Shown here: positions 27,434 to 37,807 of the stretch, piece after piece
Numbering within the stretch: the first letter of the stretch is position 1
Layout of the letters: each line of letters opens with the position of its first letter
From: a virus
IMG/VR virus record: IMGVR_UViG_3300044739_000018
Coordinates: 1-64,000 of that record
DNA: 64,000 nt
Direction: 5' to 3' (one strand)
Program-made: the position numbers and the translations under genes
The notes under the pieces: model-generated
The model's database searches: none
Seen by the model: the letters and a program-made list of their open reading frames with translations, nothing else
What the model was told of the DNA's origin: nothing

Positions 27434-29470
27434 ATGAGTACCGATTTCCTGTCGTTCAAACTATCTGACGACTTCATCCACCCCTATAAGCGGCGCAAGG
27501 TTGGCTGGGGATTCCCCATCGGAGCGGGCAACAGCCTGGGTGAACTGACCTACATCACCAAGTACAGCCGCCGCAAGGAGGATGGCAGCAAGGAGCAGTG
27601 GCATGAGACCACTCGCCGCGTCATCGAGGGCATGTACTCCATCCTCAAGGACCACTGCAAGCAGAACCGCACGCCGTGGAACGAGTCCAAGGCACAGCGG
27701 TCAGCCAAGGACGCATACGAGCGGCTCTTTGCGTTCAAGTGGACCCCACCAGGCCGTGGCCTCTGGATGATGGGCACCGAGTTCGTCAATGGACGTTCCA
27801 ACAGCGCGGCGCTTCAGAACTGTGCCTTCATCAGTACCGAGAAGCTGTCCAGCCACAGCCATGCTGAAGCAACGTTGCCGTTCACCAGGCTCATGGAGAT
27901 GAGCATGTTGGGTGTGGGCGTGGGCTTCGACACGAAGGGAGCGGGCAAGCTCACCATCCACAAGCCAATGCTGGCAGACCCAGTGGAGTACACGGTCATC
28001 GAGGACAGTCGCGAGGGCTGGTACGACAGCGTGCGCGACCTGCTGCTGAGCTACTTCTTTCCGAACCAGTCAGCGGTGATGTTCGACTACAGCAACATTC
28101 GGCCTGCTGGCCTGCCCATTAAGGGCTTCGGTGGGCTTGCTGCGGGGCCTGAACCGCTCATCAGACTCCACGATGACATCCGCAATCTGTTCAACGGACG
28201 TTGGGAGGTGGACTCGAAGCTCAGCTCCAGCGACATCGTTGATGTGATGAACCTTGTCGGCAAGTGCGTAGTTGCAGGGAACGTGAGGAGAAGTGCCGAG
28301 ATCGCGCTAGGAGACGCCCACGACAAAGCGTTTCTTGATCTCAAGAACTACGACCTGAACCCAGAACGGATGGGCAACGAGGGTTGGGGCAACGTCTCGA
28401 ACAACTCCGTCTTCGCAGAGATCGGCGGCAACTACGACCACCTCGTGCCACGCATCGCAACAAACGGTGAGCCGGGGATGCTCTACCTCGACATGTGCCA
28501 GCAGTACGGCAGGCTGATCGACCCTCCGAACAACAGGGACTACCGAGCAGCGGGCACCAATCCGTGCGGTGAACAGACGTTGGAGAGCTACGAGTGCTGC
28601 ACCCTCGTGGAGACCTTCCCCATCAACGCCGAGGATCTGGACGACTACACCCGGACCCTGAAGTACGCGTACCTGTATGCCAAGGCCGTGACACTGCTGC
28701 CCACGCACTGGCCCGAGACCAATGAAATCATGCAGCGCAACCGCAGGATCGGTTGCTCTGTCTCCGGCGAGGCCCAGTTCGCGGAGCACTATGGCTGGAC
28801 CGAGATTCGGACCTGGCTCAACGCTGGTTATCAGGCTGTGCAGGACCGAGATGAGCAGTACTCGGAGTGGCTTGGTGTCCGCGAGTCCATCAAGACAACG
28901 TCCGTTAAGCCGAGCGGCACCGTGAGCCTTCTTGCAGGAGTCACCCCTGGTGTGCATTGGCCGACCGCCGACGTGTACATCCGACGCATGAGGCTCGCCA
29001 AGAACGACCCGCTGCTTGAGGCGTGTGAGGCGGCGGGCTACCTCACCGAGCCGGACTTCATGGACCCGAAGCACACGATGGTCGTGGAGCTTCCGGCCCG
29101 CGGCCCGAACGTTCGAACCGAGCGCGAGGTGTCAGTCTGGGAGAAGGCTGCACTTGCCGTCCTCCACCAGCGGTACTGGGCTGACAACCAGGTGTCCGTG
29201 ACGCTCACCTTCAAGCCCGAGGAACAGGGTGACCTGGGGGCATTGCTTCGTGCCTTTGAGGGGCAGTTGAAGTCGGTGTCGTTCCTGCCTCTGTCGGAGG
29301 AAGGTGCCTATCGCCAGATGCCTTACGAGCGCATCAACGATGACAAGTACGAGGAGCTGATCGCCAACGTTCGTTCGATGGACTGGAAGAAGCTCTACGC
29401 GGGAGCGGCGAACGACGCGGAGGGCGAGTTGTTCTGCAACAACGACGTGTGTGAGATGCCAGTCAGATGA
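27434..29470 (+). CDS. nrdJ: Class II (adenosylcobalamin-dependent) ribonucleotide reductase, monomeric RTPR type
   Basis: PPGRGLW, LQNC, GNVRRSAEI, TNPCGEQ, VKPSGTVS, C-terminal FCNNDVC; no NrdB/F in the window. Confidence 0.9.
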   Translation: MSTDFLSFKLSDDFIHPYKRRKVGWGFPIGAGNSLGELTYITKYSRRKEDGSKEQWHETTRRVIEGMYSILKDHCKQNRTPWNESKAQRSAKDAYERLFAFKWTPPGRGLWMMGTEFVNGRSNSAALQNCAFISTEKLSSHSHAEATLPFTRLMEMSMLGVGVGFDTKGAGKLTIHKPMLADPVEYTVIEDSREGWYDSVRDLLLSYFFPNQSAVMFDYSNIRPAGLPIKGFGGLAAGPEPLIRLHDDIRNLFNGRWEVDSKLSSSDIVDVMNLVGKCVVAGNVRRSAEIALGDAHDKAFLDLKNYDLNPERMGNEGWGNVSNNSVFAEIGGNYDHLVPRIATNGEPGMLYLDMCQQYGRLIDPPNNRDYRAAGTNPCGEQTLESYECCTLVETFPINAEDLDDYTRTLKYAYLYAKAVTLLPTHWPETNEIMQRNRRIGCSVSGEAQFAEHYGWTEIRTWLNAGYQAVQDRDEQYSEWLGVRESIKTTSVKPSGTVSLLAGVTPGVHWPTADVYIRRMRLAKNDPLLEACEAAGYLTEPDFMDPKHTMVVELPARGPNVRTEREVSVWEKAALAVLHQRYWADNQVSVTLTFKPEEQGDLGALLRAFEGQLKSVSFLPLSEEGAYRQMPYERINDDKYEELIANVRSMDWKKLYAGAANDAEGELFCNNDVCEMPVR

Positions 29471-29814
29471 CCTGCGACTACTGCCTCGATGGTCGTCACA
29501 TTCGTTGCCGTCCGTACTCAACGGGCTGTACCTGCTTGCGTTGTGCGTCTGAAAGACCCAAGATGCCCAAGCCCCCGAAGACTCCGAGAGTTGCAAAGGA
29601 GCCGAGACCCAAGGCTGCGAACGGTTATGCCACCGGCAAGGTGGGCCGACCTCTGGGTTGGTCGAGTCTGTCGTCAGAGGTCCAGGCGCAGGTTGAAGCC
29701 GAGCTTGCGGCAGGCGGCACCTTGAACGGCACGGCTCGTCTTGTCGGAGCTTCGCGGGAGCAGGTGCGGACCATTAGGTCGCGGATGCGAAGACTGGAGA
29801 AGGCAGATGGATGA
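29467..29814 (+). CDS. Cys-rich HTH DNA-binding protein
   Basis: N-terminal Cys cluster; C-terminal GTLNGTARLVGASREQVRTIR HTH-like segment. Confidence 0.5.
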   Translation: MTCDYCLDGRHIRCRPYSTGCTCLRCASERPKMPKPPKTPRVAKEPRPKAANGYATGKVGRPLGWSSLSSEVQAQVEAELAAGGTLNGTARLVGASREQVRTIRSRMRRLEKADG

Positions 29815-30012
29815 GGATGGCTTCATTGCCAAGGGGACTGTGGTGCGGTGTCCCGAGTGTGGCTATGAGATGAAGCTGGCGATCAAGTCGCGAGGAATGA
29901 CTTGTTCCCAGGGGGCTGGACGGCTTCCGCACAAGCCAAAGGAGATGGTGGAGGTATCCACCACGGTGAAATCAGGGGCCGTTACATTGACGGCCAGGAC
30001 AAGGAGGAAGTG

Positions 30013-30477
30013 ATGAACGAAAGAGTGGATTCCACTCCGGTCGACAACTACCAGGGCGTGTTCTCTGGTGGCTTCGATGTTGAGGCCATCGACCAGGAGC
30101 TGATGAAGTACGACCGCGACGTAACGGTCGTTGTGACGTGCCGGGTCAAGCCTCCTCGCTACAAGGAGACGAAGGATGGTGACCTGACTCGGGTCAACGT
30201 GCTGGGTGTCAAGGAGGTGGCCGTCCTTCACGAAGAGGATGAGAAGCAGATCCTTCAGCGCCTGAACTTGCAGGAGCTGTCGCAGATGACCCTCTACGAA
30301 GGCCCCGCAGACCCGGGCGGACCCGAGGTTGTGGAGGACGAAACGGACGTTGAGGATCCGGACAGCGTGTTCCAGCCCGGCGAGGTCTTCCGACCTGGTG
30401 AGCGCGAGGTCGTCAGCAGGATTGGCTACGACGACCCTGCCCTGGAGCGATTCCTGTCGGAGCAGACCCCCCGGTAA
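30013..30477 (+). CDS. Hypothetical protein
   Basis: SD GGAGG, coupled ORF; start ATG 30013. Confidence 0.55.
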   Translation: MNERVDSTPVDNYQGVFSGGFDVEAIDQELMKYDRDVTVVVTCRVKPPRYKETKDGDLTRVNVLGVKEVAVLHEEDEKQILQRLNLQELSQMTLYEGPADPGGPEVVEDETDVEDPDSVFQPGEVFRPGEREVVSRIGYDDPALERFLSEQTPR

Positions 30478-30737
30478 TGGAAGATGTCCCTGACGTAATC
30501 ATCATCAGCGTGTCGTTCGTCGAGGACTTGGTGCAAGTTGAGTTCGTCGAGGAGCGCAAGCAGACGGATCACGTGAGCCACGTCGAGTCAATGACCGTTG
30601 CCCGCGACACCATCGAAGAAGAAGCAGGAGAACTGGAGTCAGCGGCACGAGAAATTCTTGACAAGATGCACGTACTTCAGCGGAACCCGCCCGAGGCACG
30701 TCCGCGCCTGCGTGAAGAGACAGATGACGACGAGTGA
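30477..30737 (+). CDS. Hypothetical acidic protein
   Basis: TAATG-coupled ORF. Confidence 0.55.
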   Translation: MEDVPDVIIISVSFVEDLVQVEFVEERKQTDHVSHVESMTVARDTIEEEAGELESAAREILDKMHVLQRNPPEARPRLREETDDDE

Positions 30738-30975
30738 CTGGAAGCTCCGAGGCCGTTGCGTCGGAGTGCAGCCACCGGATGCCGACCTGTTCTTTTCGGA
30801 GGACTACAGGGACCAGAGACGGGCCAAGCGCGAGTACTGCGCCTGGTGCCCTGTCACCAAGGAGTGCCTGGACTACGCCCTAAGAACTGAAACGTGGGTT
30901 GGGGTGTGGGGCGGCATGACCGAGGACGAGCGAGAGAAGTACGACCGGCAGCGCAGACGGAGGGGACTGGCCTGA
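30724..30975 (+). CDS. whiB: WhiB-family Fe-S transcription factor
   Basis: W..RGRC, DLFF, CAWCPVTKECLDYAL, GVWGGMTEDER. Confidence 0.9.
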   Translation: MTTSDWKLRGRCVGVQPPDADLFFSEDYRDQRRAKREYCAWCPVTKECLDYALRTETWVGVWGGMTEDEREKYDRQRRRRGLA

Positions 30976-31137
30976 TGTGTGACAAAGAGCGTTACTACCT
31001 GGTGTCGCAGCTTGAAGCAGCGGTGGAGAACGTAACGCTCTGGCACAAACGGACTGACGATATGGCGTTCAACTTTGCAGTGGACTCACTGGTGAGACGC
31101 TTCGGACGGCTCAAGGCGCATGAGGAAAGGACCAAGA

Positions 31138-31449
31138 GTGACAAGTGACGAACTAGCGCAGGAGGTTGCCGACTTCATCGGCGGAGCCTGTGCCCGCGTC
31201 ATGGGTTCAGGGCAGATCCAATACGAGAAGGACGGTCAACAGAAGTTTGAGTCCATGAGCCTGGAAGAACTGGTGGACTGGACCATCGAGGAGCTACAAG
31301 ACGTAGCCGTCTACTCGGTGATGCTCGCCATCCGGATCCAGCGAGTGCAGGAACTCATCAACGGACGTGTTGCGAAACTCGGTGGCGAGATTCATGCCCA
31401 GGAGGAGCGCGTTGCAAAGCTCCGGTCTGCGATCCCACGGATTCACTGA
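31138..31449 (+). CDS. Putative all-alpha NTP pyrophosphohydrolase-like protein
   Basis: GQIQYE...QKFE...IEELQDVAVY acidic motif. Confidence 0.4.
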   Translation: MTSDELAQEVADFIGGACARVMGSGQIQYEKDGQQKFESMSLEELVDWTIEELQDVAVYSVMLAIRIQRVQELINGRVAKLGGEIHAQEERVAKLRSAIPRIH

Positions 31450-31871
31450 TGAAAACGTTCGTTAGCTCCCTGCCTGGGCGTGAGCACATGAAGCTCAAGA
31501 TCAAGAAGGAGACCAAGACCGAGGTCACCGTCGAGGTAGACAGACAATTTCTTGACAAGTCAACCGGAGAGATCCGAATTGATAAGCGGACAGTGACCAT
31601 TCCGATAGAGAACTGGCACTACTGGCTGCTGGCCTACAAGGAGGCCAAGTGAACGTTCTGACATGCGATAGCTGCACCACCACCGAGAACATGAACAACG
31701 AGATGGACTGGGTGAAGGTTGCTGATGCCTACGGGTGGAACGGTGACTTCTGTTCCTGGGAATGCACTCGCGACTTTGCCCAGGACATGGTGGACAACCC
31801 GCCCGAGACAATCGACCAGGTGCCTGCGCTACAGCCGGAACCCGAGCCGACCAAGCCGAAGGCGAAGTCCA

Positions 31872-32087
31872 GTGGCTGAGACTCGACACCACACTTTCCG
31901 TGATTCTTCACGAGTCGACGAGGCAACTTACGATGTCGACGAGAAGAAGATCCTCGTAACGTTTGTGGACGGTACGCAGTGGGTCTACGAAGGCGTACCG
32001 TTCAAGGAGTGGACGCACTTCCAAGCCTCGCCGTCACCTGGCCGCTTCATCGACAGCCTCAACAGGTATGACAACCACGCCGCTTAA
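31872..32087 (+). CDS. KTSC domain protein
   Basis: SSRVDEATYD...VTFVDGTQWVYEGVP...ASPSPGRFI. Confidence 0.8.
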   Translation: MAETRHHTFRDSSRVDEATYDVDEKKILVTFVDGTQWVYEGVPFKEWTHFQASPSPGRFIDSLNRYDNHAA

Positions 32088-32769
32088 GCTGGAGGTCCGA
32101 GAGCAGGTCATCACCTGCACCTCGTGTGACCTCCACGAACGTTGTAGCGCGCCCGTGCCGTGGTCCGGGCCGGTCCCAGCGCAGGTTGCGGTGCTGGGTG
32201 AGGCCCCGGGCAGGCAGGAGGACGAGCAGGGTGCGCCCTTCGTCGGTCCCGCAGGGAAGCTCCTGCGTGATGGGCTAACGAACGTTGGCCTGGACCCCTC
32301 GAAGCTCGCCTTCATCAACACCGCCTCGTGCTGGCCGCGTAACGAGGATGGAAAGGGCAGGGCACCACTGCCGAAGGAGGTCCAAGCCTGCGCCAAGAAC
32401 CGGGAGGACCAACTCGACCTGGTGGCTGCCAAGTTCGTGCTGCTGACGGGCAACGTGCCGCTCCAGGCGTACCGCTGGGACTTGAAGATCACCAAGGCCC
32501 GGGGACACACCTTCATGCGGAACCATCGCATCCATTTCCCCATCTTCCATCCCGCAGCAATCCTTCGAAACCCCGGGTGGAAGCGCGACTTTGAAGCTGA
32601 CCTCCAGACCTTCGCCAAGCTTGTCGAGGACCCCGAGGTTGACATTCCTCTAACGTGTGTTTACTGCGCCCGAGACGACTCCCAGGTGGAGTGGTGGCGG
32701 TTCGATGACGAGGGCATGGAGTACTGCGAGAAGTGCTACGTGCTCAGTCCGCAGGGCAGGCGGGAGTGA
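32068..32769 (+). CDS. Uracil-DNA glycosylase, family 4 (Fe-S)
   Basis: CTSCDLH, GEAPGRQED, PFVGPAG, NTASCWP, FHPAAILR. Confidence 0.88.
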   Translation: MTTTPLKLEVREQVITCTSCDLHERCSAPVPWSGPVPAQVAVLGEAPGRQEDEQGAPFVGPAGKLLRDGLTNVGLDPSKLAFINTASCWPRNEDGKGRAPLPKEVQACAKNREDQLDLVAAKFVLLTGNVPLQAYRWDLKITKARGHTFMRNHRIHFPIFHPAAILRNPGWKRDFEADLQTFAKLVEDPEVDIPLTCVYCARDDSQVEWWRFDDEGMEYCEKCYVLSPQGRRE

Positions 32770-33151
32770 GCGGCCACTGCAAGTTCTGCTACGCAGTCAT
32801 GGAGAACGTGGACCATGATAAGTGGTGGTGCCCTGAGTGCCTCAAGAGGAAGGTCAAGCAGGCGCGGCTGGGCGAGTGCCGGTGCGGGCAGGTTGAGGGC
32901 GTACACGAGCACACGGCCCCGCCAGAGCTAACGGCGACCGAGATTCAAGAACGACGAGCGCGAGAAAATCTTGACAAGTAACGCCCACTTCTCCCTGTCC
33001 GTATGGAATGCAGAAGGCGAGCAGATCGACCGACAGTCGAAGCTCACGGTGTGGGACGCGGTGGCGCAGGCGCAGGCAGCGCAAGACCGCGGATGGATGG
33101 CGAAGGTGACACCCATGGTGCCCGAGAAGGTGCAACTACGGACGCGCCGTA

Positions 33152-33192
33152 GGAAAATTTAGCCCCCGGGAACTTGGGACTTTGAGTGTTGA
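33152..33192. repeat. 41-bp dispersed repeat, copy 1
   Basis: GGAAAATTTAGCCCCCGGGAACTTGGGACTTTGAGTGTTGA; aligns without gaps to the copies at 42315, 47563 and 52175. Confidence 0.8.
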
Positions 33193-33735
33193 TTCAACGC
33201 CCGTTCAAGTTCCAGGCACCGAAGGCGCAAGAACTCCTTCTCCGCATCACTTTCTTCAAGCTTGCGCGTGATTATGGCGAGCGAACGCGTGATCATTTCC
33301 AGGCGGTGGATCATTTCGACCTCGATGTTGGTCGGTCTGTCGTTCGCACGGATCACCGGGTCCCGCTTGCCGTACTCGTAGATGTCATGGTCCCAGGACC
33401 CGTAGTCGTAGGAGGGCGCGTTGCTGCGCTTGAACGGGTTGTTCGACCCAGGCGCGGGCGGGTCAACTATCGGCATGAGCTTCCTCCGGGAGCCAGCACA
33501 GTTCGCAGACGTTGTAGGCGCGGTGGAACTTCTGGAAATCATGAGGCTCTACGCGCGCGTGCTCAACCATCGTTGACTGCAACACGCCGAGCAAACCCCA
33601 GGGATTGTCGAGACGAATGAACAGTCGTTCTCCGTCATCAGGCCAGTGCCATAGGCCGACGACCTTGCCCCCTTCCACCATCACGTCAAGTCGATTGCCT
33701 GTGGTGATATGGGTGCCCGCGCCGGTCGTCGTCAC
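33159..33735 (-). CDS. Two hypothetical proteins (33159-33476, 33463-33735), the last genes of the minus-strand arm
   Basis: Overlapping minus-strand ORFs with SD sequences. Confidence 0.5.
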
Positions 33736-33771
33736 ACTTGAATCCTACCTCTCCACTAGCCGATAGCAAGA

Positions 33772-34260
33772 GTGACAATGGCCGTCAGCAGAGTCCGATG
33801 CGCCGCATGCCGCGAGTACGTTTCGCCGGACGGTGCAATCTCAATCGGGATCAGTCGTGTCTGCTCCGAGGAGTGCATGAGAGACCTCTCCCGGCGCAAG
33901 CGGCGGACTAAGCCGGACCCGCGCAGGAGTAGGCAACAGGGGCCTGGTCGCCTGGACGCTGTGATACGTGCTGAAATCCGTAAGCGCGACGGAGAACGGT
34001 GCCGGTGGTGCGGGAGAAACGGATCTTCTGGCCTACAGATCCACCACATTCTCTACCGCAGCCAAGGAGGACCGGACCACCACTCCAACCTGATCCTGCT
34101 GTGTGCTGACCACCACGCCCTCGTTCACAGCAACAAGAGACACTGGCAGCCGGTCCTCCTTGGCACCCTCTGGATCGGCTACGTGCGCCAACGGATGTTG
34201 ACGGTGCCAGAGGTAGAGCGATGGTTGATTAAGGACGGGCTGTTGGAGCCGTTGGAGTAA
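33772..34260 (+). CDS. HNH endonuclease with N-terminal Zn ribbon
   Basis: RDGERCRWCG...IHHILYRSQGGPDHHSNLILLCADHH; inverted relative to its neighbours. Confidence 0.85.
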   Translation: MTMAVSRVRCAACREYVSPDGAISIGISRVCSEECMRDLSRRKRRTKPDPRRSRQQGPGRLDAVIRAEIRKRDGERCRWCGRNGSSGLQIHHILYRSQGGPDHHSNLILLCADHHALVHSNKRHWQPVLLGTLWIGYVRQRMLTVPEVERWLIKDGLLEPLE

Positions 34261-35272
34261 CGGAGCCTGCGGTGGTGCCGAAACTTGCAGCACCCTCGTC
34301 GCCGCCACTTCCGTCGTCACCCTGCTCATCCTTGACCCTGCGCCCGGACTTCAACCGCTCCCACTCGATGGTGGACTGGTGCTTGTTCGGTGCGCCCTGG
34401 TCAGGGTCGCCGGACTCCCGAATCGTCTGGGGTCCGTCCGAGTCGTACTTCGTCTTGTCCGTCATGCTTCTCCTCCTGCTTGGCTACAGGAGTGTTATCG
34501 GCACCCTGCATGATCCTTTGCAGGTCATGGGAGCAGATCTGAACGGGCGTTGCGATGCGCAGGCGGGCAGCAACGTCCTTGCGGTCCAGTTTCCAGCCAC
34601 CAGCCTCAGCTTCCCAAAGCCAGCAGTGCAGGCCGTCAGGGTCTACGGTCAGCTTGAAGTCCACGGACGTGTTGCCGCGTCCGAACGTTTCGATGAGGGC
34701 GACGGACATTTCACCCTTCCAGAACACGTCACACAGATAGTTCTCGACCCACTTTGGCATCAGCTCCTGCGCAGCGTCACCGAACCGCAGGGAGAGAAGC
34801 TGGTCGTCATCGACTGTTCCATAGACGTGATACAACAGCGGGCCGATGGTACGGCGAACCTTCGTCAGAGACAGCCCACACTCTTTGCCGAGGACAGCCG
34901 CGTGGCACTTGCCATCGTCGTGCAGGGCCTCGTGTCCTGCCTCGCAGCGGTACATCAGTACCCCTCCAGTTCTTTCATGGCCTCCAGTAGAGGCGTTGTG
35001 GGTGGGTTCTTGGGCACGTAGATATGGCAGTCGCATTGGTACCAATCCTCAGCGTCCTTGTCCCACCACTCCTTGCGGCAGACGCCCTTGCCGCTGTTGT
35101 GGAACGACTGAGCGTGGTCGCAGGTGCAGACGCCCATCGGCACAACATCTAGCGCCGGGCGCGCCACGGGGGGGAGCATGTTGCTGCGAGACCGATACCC
35201 GATGCCGTAGCCAAGGGCCATCATGCCTCCGCCGAGCACCATGCCCAGCAAAATGCCCAGGATCAGGGTCAT
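34229..35272 (-). CDS. Three hypothetical proteins (34229-34465, 34401-34955, 34955-35272; the last with an N-terminal TM helix)
   Basis: Coupled minus-strand ORFs. Confidence 0.45.
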
Positions 35273-36273
35273 CGGCGCTCCCGTACCTCCGGCACAACGT
35301 TCGTTGAGATACCAGGCTGTAGCTCGGCAGCGAATTCCTTACGGCCTTTGAGCGAAGCCTTGATGTAGTCAAGCCGATCCGTGGAGCTGGACACAAGGTC
35401 ATCCACGGCGCTGTCGGAGGACCGGGTGAGGCTCTCAATCTCATCCACGAGATCGTCCCGCCCTTCCCTCAACGCCATCACCTTCGGGTCGTGGCCGTGC
35501 CCGCGCAGACGCTCGATGTCCCGGTCGATCTCGCGGACCAGGGCCATCTCACTTGCGTAGCACTCTGCGACACGCTGGTGGAACTTGCGTCGACGCGCCG
35601 CCCGCCATGCGAAGTAGGGAACGAAGAACCCTGGGGCCAGCATGACGAGTGTGATCTTGTGCCCGTCAGCCTTGCCGTTCAGGTTCCAGTTCAGGTCTCC
35701 GAATTGGCGCACATCGTAGTCGTTCTGTCGATCAGCCATGGCACGTCGATGTCCCAGGGCGAGGGCCAGTGGTCCACCAAAGAACCACGCCAAGCCCGCA
35801 GCCGTGGGCACACTGAGGCCGAACGGCGTTGCCGAAAAGCCACTGGTGTCCACAGTGTGGACCTCCCGAGCGAGAACTCGGTCGAGCTGGCCGTTCTTGA
35901 CCTGCTCAACGTTCGTTCTGAACTCGGGAGTGAGAGCGCCACACTCTTGGCACCCTTCGGAGACGAACGGGTCCTCTCCGATGGCGTCAGCGATGCCGCC
36001 GTAGGTGTTGCTGTGCCCACGGAAGTCCCGCAGGTCTGTTGCGTTACGCAGGTCTGTTGCGAGCTGGTTGTCCACCGTTGGACCGCCATCAGATTCCTCG
36101 CCCGCGATGACGCGGTAGAAGTGAGCCTTGGTGGCCTGCTGCTCGGCAATGTCCTGGTTGATGTTGTGGGTGAGGGCCTGGCTCCCCACGCTGCCCCCGA
36201 CCGCACAAGCGATCAGGAACAGCATGATGACGAGCGGCCGGATGACGTTGTAAAGCAGGATCTTGTGTCTCAT
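35269..36273 (-). CDS. Membrane protein with C-terminal coiled coil
   Basis: Three hydrophobic segments; start ATG 36273. Confidence 0.55.
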   Translation of the reverse strand: MRHKILLYNVIRPLVIMLFLIACAVGGSVGSQALTHNINQDIAEQQATKAHFYRVIAGEESDGGPTVDNQLATDLRNATDLRDFRGHSNTYGGIADAIGEDPFVSEGCQECGALTPEFRTNVEQVKNGQLDRVLAREVHTVDTSGFSATPFGLSVPTAAGLAWFFGGPLALALGHRRAMADRQNDYDVRQFGDLNWNLNGKADGHKITLVMLAPGFFVPYFAWRAARRRKFHQRVAECYASEMALVREIDRDIERLRGHGHDPKVMALREGRDDLVDEIESLTRSSDSAVDDLVSSSTDRLDYIKASLKGRKEFAAELQPGISTNVVPEVRERR

Positions 36274-36274
36274 G

Positions 36275-36481
36275 TCAGTACCCCACGAAGTAGCCGGACG
36301 AAAAGAGCCGGTACCCCACACCAACGATGGCGAGGGCAACCACTGTGCCCCCGACCAACGCTGGCAGGTTCTTCGTGTCGAGGGCGCGCTTGGCGACCGC
36401 CGCTCCAATGGCGACGATCACCGTTGCGCACACCATCGACAGGCACCGCAAGACAAAGCTGCTTGCGGGAGGCCAGTCCAT
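36275..36481 (-). CDS. Small two-TM membrane protein
   Basis: Hydrophobic; coupled to the SPFH-like gene. Confidence 0.55.
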   Translation of the reverse strand: MDWPPASSFVLRCLSMVCATVIVAIGAAVAKRALDTKNLPALVGGTVVALAIVGVGYRLFSSGYFVGY

Positions 36482-37518
36482 TAGCCCGCGGGCTGCCCGT
36501 TGATGTAGACGGGAGCACGCTTGCCTTCGCAGTCAAGCCCGTGCTGGGCAAGCTGGCGGCACTTGGCCGTGTCCTTCTTGGCCTGCAACTCAGCCGTGTT
36601 GGCTTCCTCCGCCAGAAGCTGAGCCTTGGCCTTCTCGGCGGCGATGAGAGCCTGCTGCTGCGCGCCCTGCAACTCACCTTGGAGGCGGGCAGTCTCCAGC
36701 TTCTGCTTGGTCTGCTCGACCTGCTCCCGATCCTTCACGAGAGACGAGTCGTTGCCAGGACCGGCGTAGGTCACCTGGAACCTCATGGTCGGGCACTTGG
36801 CGTCACCGCCGCCAGCATCGGAGTCGATGCCACAGAAGTAGTCGCCGCCCAGGTTGGCCTTCAACCGCTCCGTGAAGGCAGCACCCAATTCGCTGCCCAG
36901 CCTGGTGCGTGTGGCTTCCTGCGCTTCCTGTCCGGCAGGCAGGATGCCTGCCTCGCTGGCGTTGCCCGGGAAGTTGTAGTGCAAGAACGCCCAGTCGTAG
37001 TGGTTCATGGTCTCACCGACAACTTCCTTCATGGTGATGCCGAAGTTCTCGTTGAGGAACCGGAACCATCCCTGCTGCGCTACCTCCGCCGGGTTGCCAC
37101 GAGCGTTGAAGCCGAGGTCTCCGTCGTCGCCAGCGTTGCGCCGACCATGCTTGGAGAACCACTCGCATGCCTTGGACAGATTGAAGCGGAACCTCACCTG
37201 TCCCTCGACATGCACCGGGGTACCACCACGAGCGTTGCCCTCGTAGAAGGCAGGGGCACCGGGGTCAGCCACGTTGCGGTCGGAGTTCGCCATGTAGAAC
37301 CTGTTGCTGGCAGGGATCTTCACGACCTGATCGTTGTCGTCGATCTTCTTGCTGTCTGCGCCGGGCGGGATCTGGAACTTCAACTTCTGCCCACCCCGTT
37401 CACTGCCATCGAACACACAGATGTGCGTGTCGGAGGTTGCGGTGGCGTATCTGCTACATGCAGCTAGGGCGGTGACCGCGATGGCAGCAAGTACAGCCAC
37501 GATGATTGTGCGCTTCAT
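36481..37518 (-). CDS. SPFH/band-7-like lipoprotein
   Basis: Signal peptide with lipobox ALAAC; V.VEGQVRFRFN, W.RFL..NFG, YDWAFL; C-terminal Ala/Glu coiled coil. Confidence 0.6.
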   Translation of the reverse strand: MKRTIIVAVLAAIAVTALAACSRYATATSDTHICVFDGSERGGQKLKFQIPPGADSKKIDDNDQVVKIPASNRFYMANSDRNVADPGAPAFYEGNARGGTPVHVEGQVRFRFNLSKACEWFSKHGRRNAGDDGDLGFNARGNPAEVAQQGWFRFLNENFGITMKEVVGETMNHYDWAFLHYNFPGNASEAGILPAGQEAQEATRTRLGSELGAAFTERLKANLGGDYFCGIDSDAGGGDAKCPTMRFQVTYAGPGNDSSLVKDREQVEQTKQKLETARLQGELQGAQQQALIAAEKAKAQLLAEEANTAELQAKKDTAKCRQLAQHGLDCEGKRAPVYINGQPAG

Positions 37519-37536
37519 CTTCTCTCTTTCGGTTCG

Positions 37537-37773
37537 TTACTTGACGGACGGGATGAACTGGAACACGAGCACGTCGGTCTCGGGAGAGCCGGTGCGCAGG
37601 GTGAAGCCGTGCCGAGTGGCGTGGATCTTCAAGACCGACCGCATCGAGCCGACCTTCACGTCGAAGTCCTCGCCGCGCTTGATCTGCCAGATGTCGCCAT
37701 CCGTCCACTGGTCCCACGGGTACTTGTTGGTCCCGCGCGACTTGAAGTCGTAGTCGTTGAGCTTTGTTGCCAT
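37537..37773 (-). CDS. Hypothetical small protein (KYPWDQW motif)
   Basis: SD GGAGG; compact and basic, possibly DNA-binding. Confidence 0.55.
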   Translation of the reverse strand: MATKLNDYDFKSRGTNKYPWDQWTDGDIWQIKRGEDFDVKVGSMRSVLKIHATRHGFTLRTGSPETDVLVFQFIPSVK

Positions 37774-37807
37774 GCTTCCTCCTGTTTACGGTGCTGTGAC
37801 AGTACTG

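Noticed and set aside
35491-37467. 658-aa plus-strand ORF
   Set aside because: Antisense shadow of the minus-strand SPFH/membrane genes, typical of high-GC codon bias; no motifs
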